Source of the DNA: Eledone cirrhosa
Lineage: Eukaryota
Reading direction: 5' to 3'
DNA: 64,000 nt
Assembly: GCA_964016885.1 (NCBI GenBank)
Contig: OZ024741.1
Span: 293,446,001 to 293,510,000, forward strand
Notes under the pieces: model-generated
Told to the model about the DNA's origin: nothing
The model's input: only the letters and a program-made list of their open reading frames with translations
Database searches by the model: none
Program-made: the position numbers and the translations under genes
In this document: positions 57,916 through 64,000 of the stretch, piece after piece
Position numbering within the stretch: the stretch's first letter is position 1
How the letters are laid out: each line of letters starts with the position of its first letter

Positions 57916-59589
57916 GGGTCTAATTTTAATTTTGATTTTGATTTCAAGTTTTAATTTTGCCGTTCCATGCCACCGATATACACATGCACACAACGCATGC
58001 CACTGGCACATTTCATCATACATACACTCCATGTGCATTCCATATATATTGTTATGAAGCACATACCATTTATATTCCATGTATATACCAAACCCATTCA
58101 CATCTCATATATACTTTTATGAAATGGATGTTACACATAACCACAATATATATAACTTGTTTGTGCATGCACGCACGGCCCGCACCTATCCACAAGCAAC
58201 GAGACCTGCATCATGCGCAGGCTCCTACCCAGTGCCTTAACCCAACAGCTCCCATGTATATCATATAAACATTTGCACCACAGCCTACAACTATTGTATG
58301 AAACTAAGCACACCTAGATAATGCCCGGTCCCCCTCTGCATCCTTGTCATGTATGCACTCTCTTTTTCCAGCATTTTATTTTATTGTATTTTATCTTGTT
58401 TTATTTTATTATTGTATACTATTTCATTAATTTAGGTGATGTGCATACAGGTGTTTTCTTTATATATATGCCAGCCACGCTATATGCGATTAGTGCAGGG
58501 ATATTGTGCTGCCGTAAGATGTAGGCATATTGTGCAGACACCCTTGGACTCACACCGCCACGCAATCAAATTGGGTCAAGGCCTCAAATGCGTTGTCTCA
58601 TACAACACTGTGTGCACCATATGCCTAGTGGCGCGTGGGTGGACGGATGGAGGGGTATTCATCAAGTATATGCATCCGGTGTGGGAGCACACGGGTGTAT
58701 GTATGTATGTGTGCCCACACAGACATGCATGAGCATGGGTGTGTGTATGCATGGGTCGATGTATTTGTATGAGCATGTATTCGTGGGGGTACAGATGACT
58801 TTCCATGGATTTTTTTCTTCCATCTGCCTATATATGTGTGCAGTGTCTTGGCTACGCACGCTCCCATGAGTCCAGTGTGTGAGTGTAGTATTGGGTCCAT
58901 TTGTTGAAAACACCTTTGATATAACCCTTCCATTTGAATGGCTGTTGAAAGCTTTCTTTTTAAAAAGTTTTTTTTTTAAAACGTTCTTGCTACAGGGGTT
59001 CTTTCTTTTTCTTTTTCCTTTTCTTTTTGAAATATGTATGGCGGAGTGTATCCTAAGGCTGTGTCCTACAAATGTTACGCTAAATATCCCCATGATTTGT
59101 CTTTTAAAAAAAACTCCCGAAAACATTAATTATGTACAGCATAATTGCGGGTGTGTACCTGACTGATGTAGACTAAGGCGCCTAGGGGCAATGAAGACAT
59201 CGAAGTTATGCCAGCCGTTCATGATTACAGCCCCTTTCCAACCACAGTAGTAATTCTGATACCTGTAGAAATTTTGATTGACAGGTGGAGAACGAGAGAA
59301 AGCAAGAAGTGGCAACTGTGAGTGACTAGAAATACCGATGACGTGAACAATTCTTGACCACTCATAGAATGACAACAACAGGATCTAAATCAACAAACGA
59401 AGAAATACGATGTTAAAGGACAATAGGAAAATCTGCTTCATAGAATCGAGACGTATCCGATGACCATGTTGATTTCAGAGTCAGGTGTGATCGCCATATC
59501 GATCGTGCCTCGAGCTGGTCACCCGAGAAACATTTGTAATATGTCCAATAAATTCCTTTCATCGCAACAGTGATTCCCTTTTTTCTGTG

Positions 59590-59628
<39 letters not shown>

Positions 59629-59710
59629 TTGCAAGAGATGTCAACATGAATGGACCTATTTTCCAATTCCATCCCACCCGTCCCCTTAATCTATTTTATT
59701 TCTCATTCTT

Positions 59711-59746
59711 TCTTCTGATGAAGGACTAGCATCCGAAACGTTAAGA
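59711..59746 (+). ncRNA. Minimal type I hammerhead ribozyme motif (PLE pLTR-like)
   Basis: tctt-CTGATGA-a-gga ctagca tcc-GAAA-cgtt-aaga: stem I tctt/aaga, stem II gga/tcc, palindromic AACGTT stem III. Confidence 0.55.
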
Positions 59747-60304
59747 CCCTTTTTCTGCTATATCAAGCGTTAACCTAATATATACCTTCCATATACTGTA
59801 CTGATTGTGTTGTTATTTCTGTTTACCTTTTACATACATACATATATATATCATCATCATCATCATCATCATCGTTGAACGTCCATCTTCCACGCTAGTA
59901 TGGGTATATATATATATATATGCGTGTCTGTATATATATATGTGTGTATATATGTGTGTGTGTGTGTGTCACCTACTCAATTGCCCTCATATATTGCACC
60001 CTACATTGACAATATGCTAATCTCCCGTGAAATATTCATTATGTAACATTTGAATCTTATAGCATGATACTTATATAGGACTTAACACATAACAAACAAC
60101 ACAAATGGATGTGTGTTGGGGTCAGCAGAAGTCACCAGGGGTCACTAGGGGCTATAGCATCTGTCTTTTACAAGAGACAATGACTTTCTTGCAGATACAG
60201 TCTTAGTATGCAAAAATTTGCATCTCTATGCTTCCATTATGTATATAAATTCACATATATATATTTATCTATGAGTGTATATATATATATATATGTATGT
60301 ATAC

Positions 60305-60335
<31 letters not shown>

Positions 60336-60405
60336 CATATATATATATGTATATATATATGTATATATGTATGTATATATCTATATATATATAGATGTAT
60401 ACATA

Positions 60406-60752
60406 TGGAGGCATATGGCTTAGTGGTTAGAACATTGGCCTTGCAATCGAAAGGTTGTGAGTTCAATTCTCAGACCGGGTGATGTGTTGTTTCCTTGAGC
60501 AAGAGACTTTATTTCACATTGCTCCAGTTTACTCAGCTGTATAAATGAGATGATAGGGACTGGGGTCTCTATCATTCCACTGCAAAGTGGTCGTGGAGGT
60601 GCCACGGCAAAAAAGCACCCAGCACTCACTGTAAATGAGGTTGGTGCTAGGAAGGGCATCCAGCTGTAGAAATCATGCCAGAATCAGTTCCCGTCCCACC
60701 CTTGCAAGCAGGGAAAAAGTGGACGTAAAATGAAATGATGATGATGATGATG
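60406..60752 (+). mobile_element. tRNA-derived CORE-type SINE (family B) with an RTE-derived 3' tail
   Basis: A box tggcttagtgg, B box gagttcaattc, CORE-like ccttgagcaagagactttatttcac..cagtttactcagctgtataaatgag; 3' end near-identical to the RTE end at 4496-4560. Related copies: 41735-42028 (-), 225-531 (-), 9795-9930 (-), 32360-32500 (-), 45418-45700 (+), 46010-46345 (+). Confidence 0.85.
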
Positions 60753-61170
60753 ATATATATAAATATGTATATATATATACATATATCTATGACTGTGTAT
60801 ATCTGTGTATATATATATATATACATTCATCTATGAGTGTGTATATATGTGTATATCTATCTATATCTATCTATCTATATAGACGTAAAATGATGATGAT
60901 GATGATATATATAAATATGTATATATATATATATATACATATATCTATGACTGTGTATATCTGTGTATATATATATATATATACATTCATCTATGAGTGT
61001 GTATATATGTGTATATCTATCTATATCTATCTATATAGACGTAAAATGAAATGATGATGATGATGATATATATAAATATGTATATATATATATATATACA
61101 TATATCTATGACTGTGTATATCTATCTATATATATATATATACATGCATCTATGAGTGTGTATATATGTC
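60722..61170. repeat. Tandem triplication (~158 bp) that includes the SINE/RTE tail gacgtaaaatg(a)..gatgatg
   Basis: gacgtaaaatg at 60722, 60882 and 61038. Confidence 0.9.
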
Positions 61171-61580
61171 TTGGATTCAAGATTCTTTTGGACTTCTGTA
61201 AGTTATTACATTTTATTTTTCACTTGTTTCATTATTCATTTCTATAAATCTTGTTCTTGCTGTTGTTATTACTATAATTGTAGTTGTTGTTTTTGTTCTG
61301 AATGTTAAAGTTGTTTTTATTGTTGTAACGGCAGTTGTTATAGCTGTTGTTATTGCTGTTGTCACCATTGTTGTTGTTGCTATCACCACTGCTGCTGTTG
61401 TTGTTGGTACTGGTCTTCTATTCAATTCTAAGATAATTGTAATTCAAAAAAACTTTCACTAAATTGACATTTATATTTATGTCCTTCTCTTTTATTTCAT
61501 TTCTTTGTTTTTTGCTTATTCGAAAAATATATTTTTTTTATTTAAAAATGTTTATGTTTTAAAACTCAGTTCATGTTTTC

Positions 61581-61626
<46 letters not shown>

Positions 61627-61952
61627 AAAAACACACACACACACACACACACACACCACACACGTGTGTGGGTGTTTGTGTTTATATGTGTGTATGTATG
61701 TCTATATATATATATATATATATATATGCTGCCTGTTGGATAAGTGGAGTGTTATACACCCCTGATCCTCTCCCTAATATACTATATATATATGTGTATG
61801 TATATATATGTATGTGTGTGTGTATATATATAGTGAAAGAACGAAGAGTAACATATATATATATGTTTGCATATGTGTCTGTGTGCATAAATATATTATA
61901 TACATCTCATCATTTAACATCCGTTCTTCCAAAAATGATGATAATGATAATA

Positions 61953-61986
<34 letters not shown>

Positions 61987-62984
61987 CGTGTGTTCAATTC
62001 TGTAAAGTGTCAAGTATATATAATAATAATAATAATTTAAGCAATGGGGTGTCCCTCCATTAATTGTCTGAGTTAATATATTTGTGTGTGTATACAGTTG
62101 GGAAAATATATATTGAAGTTGTTGTTGTTGCTGATGATGATACACACACATAACCAACCACATATAAGTGTATATACCAGCAAAGTGTTTGTCACATTCT
62201 TCAACTCTCCTATATAATACAACTCTCATATATACATACAAACATGTACCCACTCTCTTTCACATTCATACATAAGCATTCAACTTGTCTGCATGTCTCT
62301 CTCTCTCTACCTCTCTCTCACTCAAGCACACATACACTCTTTCTCTCTCTCTAACACATACACGCTGTGTGTGTCACTTCTTCACTCTCACATACACATG
62401 CACTCTCATTAATATATACATACAAAGGTACATACACTCTTTTACTTTCATACTCACACACACAGATACGCAAACATTCAATCCACCACCCTCTCTCTCT
62501 CTCAGTCACATACTCTCTTTCTGCCCCTCTCTCTCCCCCACACTTTCACTATCTTGCTCTCTGACACACACACCCTGTTTCTCTCACTTTCACACACACA
62601 CTGTCTCTGTCTATCTCTTTCTCTCTCACACACTCTCTCACCCACACACACATACCCACATTCTCTCTCCCTCTCTCTCTCTCTCCCTCCCCCTCTCTCT
62701 CCACACATTCTTCTGTCTCTCCCTCTTTCTCATACACAAGTGCATGTGTGCACACAAACGCATACACACTTTTTCTTTCTCTCATCATTTACCCAGCATG
62801 CTTTTGTTTCCATTGACTTATTGAAGCAGAAATAGAAACAAAACCAAGAAAACAAAACAGAAAAACTATAACAGAACCAAAATCTAAATATTCAACAAAG
62901 ACAGAAGATTGAGATTATTTAGTGAGAAATATTTACCCTTTTATGTTAGGTAGCCTGGTGTATACAATATATTGTACATTATAT

Positions 62985-64000
62985 TGTATGTATATAGAAT
63001 AGATTGTATATATAGAACAATTTGTATATATAGAAAAAATTGTATATATAGAACAAATTGTATATATAGAATATATTGTATATATAGAACAATTTGTATA
63101 TATAGAACAAATTGTATATAGAGAACAAATTGTATATATAGAATAGATTGTATGTATAGAATAGATTGTATATATAGAACAAATTGTATATATATAGAAT
63201 AGATTGTATATATAGAACAAATTGTATATAGAGAACAAATTGTATATATAGAACAAATTGTATATATAGAATATATTGTATATATAGAACAATTTGTATA
63301 TATAGAACAAAATGTATATATAGAACAATTTGTATATATAAAACAAATTGTATATATAGAACAATTTGTATATATAGAACAAATAGTATATATAGAACAA
63401 TTTGTATATATAGAACAAATTGTATATAGAGAACAAATTGTATATATAGAATAGATTGTATATATAGAATAGATTGTATATATAGAACAAATTGTGTATA
63501 TATAGAATAGATTGTATATATAGAACAAATTGTATATAGAGAACAAATTGTATATATAGAATATATTGTATATATAGAACAAATTGTATATATATAGAAT
63601 AGATTGTATATAGAGAATAAATTGTATATAGAGAACAAATTGTATATATAGAACAAATTGTATATATAGAACAAATTGTATATAGAGAACAAATTGTATA
63701 TATAGAATAGATTGTATATATAGAATAGATTGTATATATAGAACAAATTGTATATATAGAACAAATTGTATATATATAGAATAGACTGTATATATAGAAC
63801 AAATTGTATATAGAGAACAAATTGTATATATATAATAGATTGTATATATAGAACAAATTGTATATAGAGAACAAATTGTATATAGAGAACAAATTGTATA
63901 TATAGAACAAATTGTATATATAGAACAAAATGTATATAGAGAACAAATTGTATATATAGAACAAATTGTATATATATAGAACAAATTGTATATATAGAAC
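62985..64000. repeat. 18-bp AT-rich satellite (tatatagaacaaattgta), running off the window
   Basis: More than 50 tandem units with variants gaatagattg and gaacaatttg; explains the long spurious YIYNLF ORFs. Confidence 0.97.

Noticed and set aside
60406-60480. tRNA-like sequence with A and B boxes
   Set aside because: It is the head of a SINE (followed by CORE and RTE tail), not a complete cloverleaf tRNA gene.
62933-63984. Long 260-347 aa ORFs on the minus strand
   Set aside because: Translations of an 18-bp satellite that lacks stops on that strand; no coding evidence.

Overview
AT-rich, microsatellite-dense eukaryotic DNA. The repeat landscape (RTE-clade LINEs, tRNA-derived and CORE-type SINEs, Penelope-like elements, a Helitron) suggests a coleoid cephalopod, probably Octopus; this is an inference. 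Almost all ORFs in the track are microsatellite noise or transposon fragments. One host gene can be built from splice signals on the minus strand (exons 10142-10280, 9128-9204, 7907-8038, plus a possible 11-nt micro-exon at 7839-7849). It encodes a signal peptide followed by a divergent ferritin-like helix A/B region whose ferroxidase ligands appear substituted; its C-terminal half was not located with confidence. Mobile elements: two long decayed RTE LINEs carrying a C4HC3 PHD-like finger just after the RT YADD motif, an inverted pair of RTE 3' fragments, an internally deleted Helitron, two Penelope-like fragments, hAT-type MITEs and many SINEs. Also present are several hammerhead-ribozyme-like motifs, recurrent foldback palindromes centred on (TA)n tracts, and several tandem arrays.
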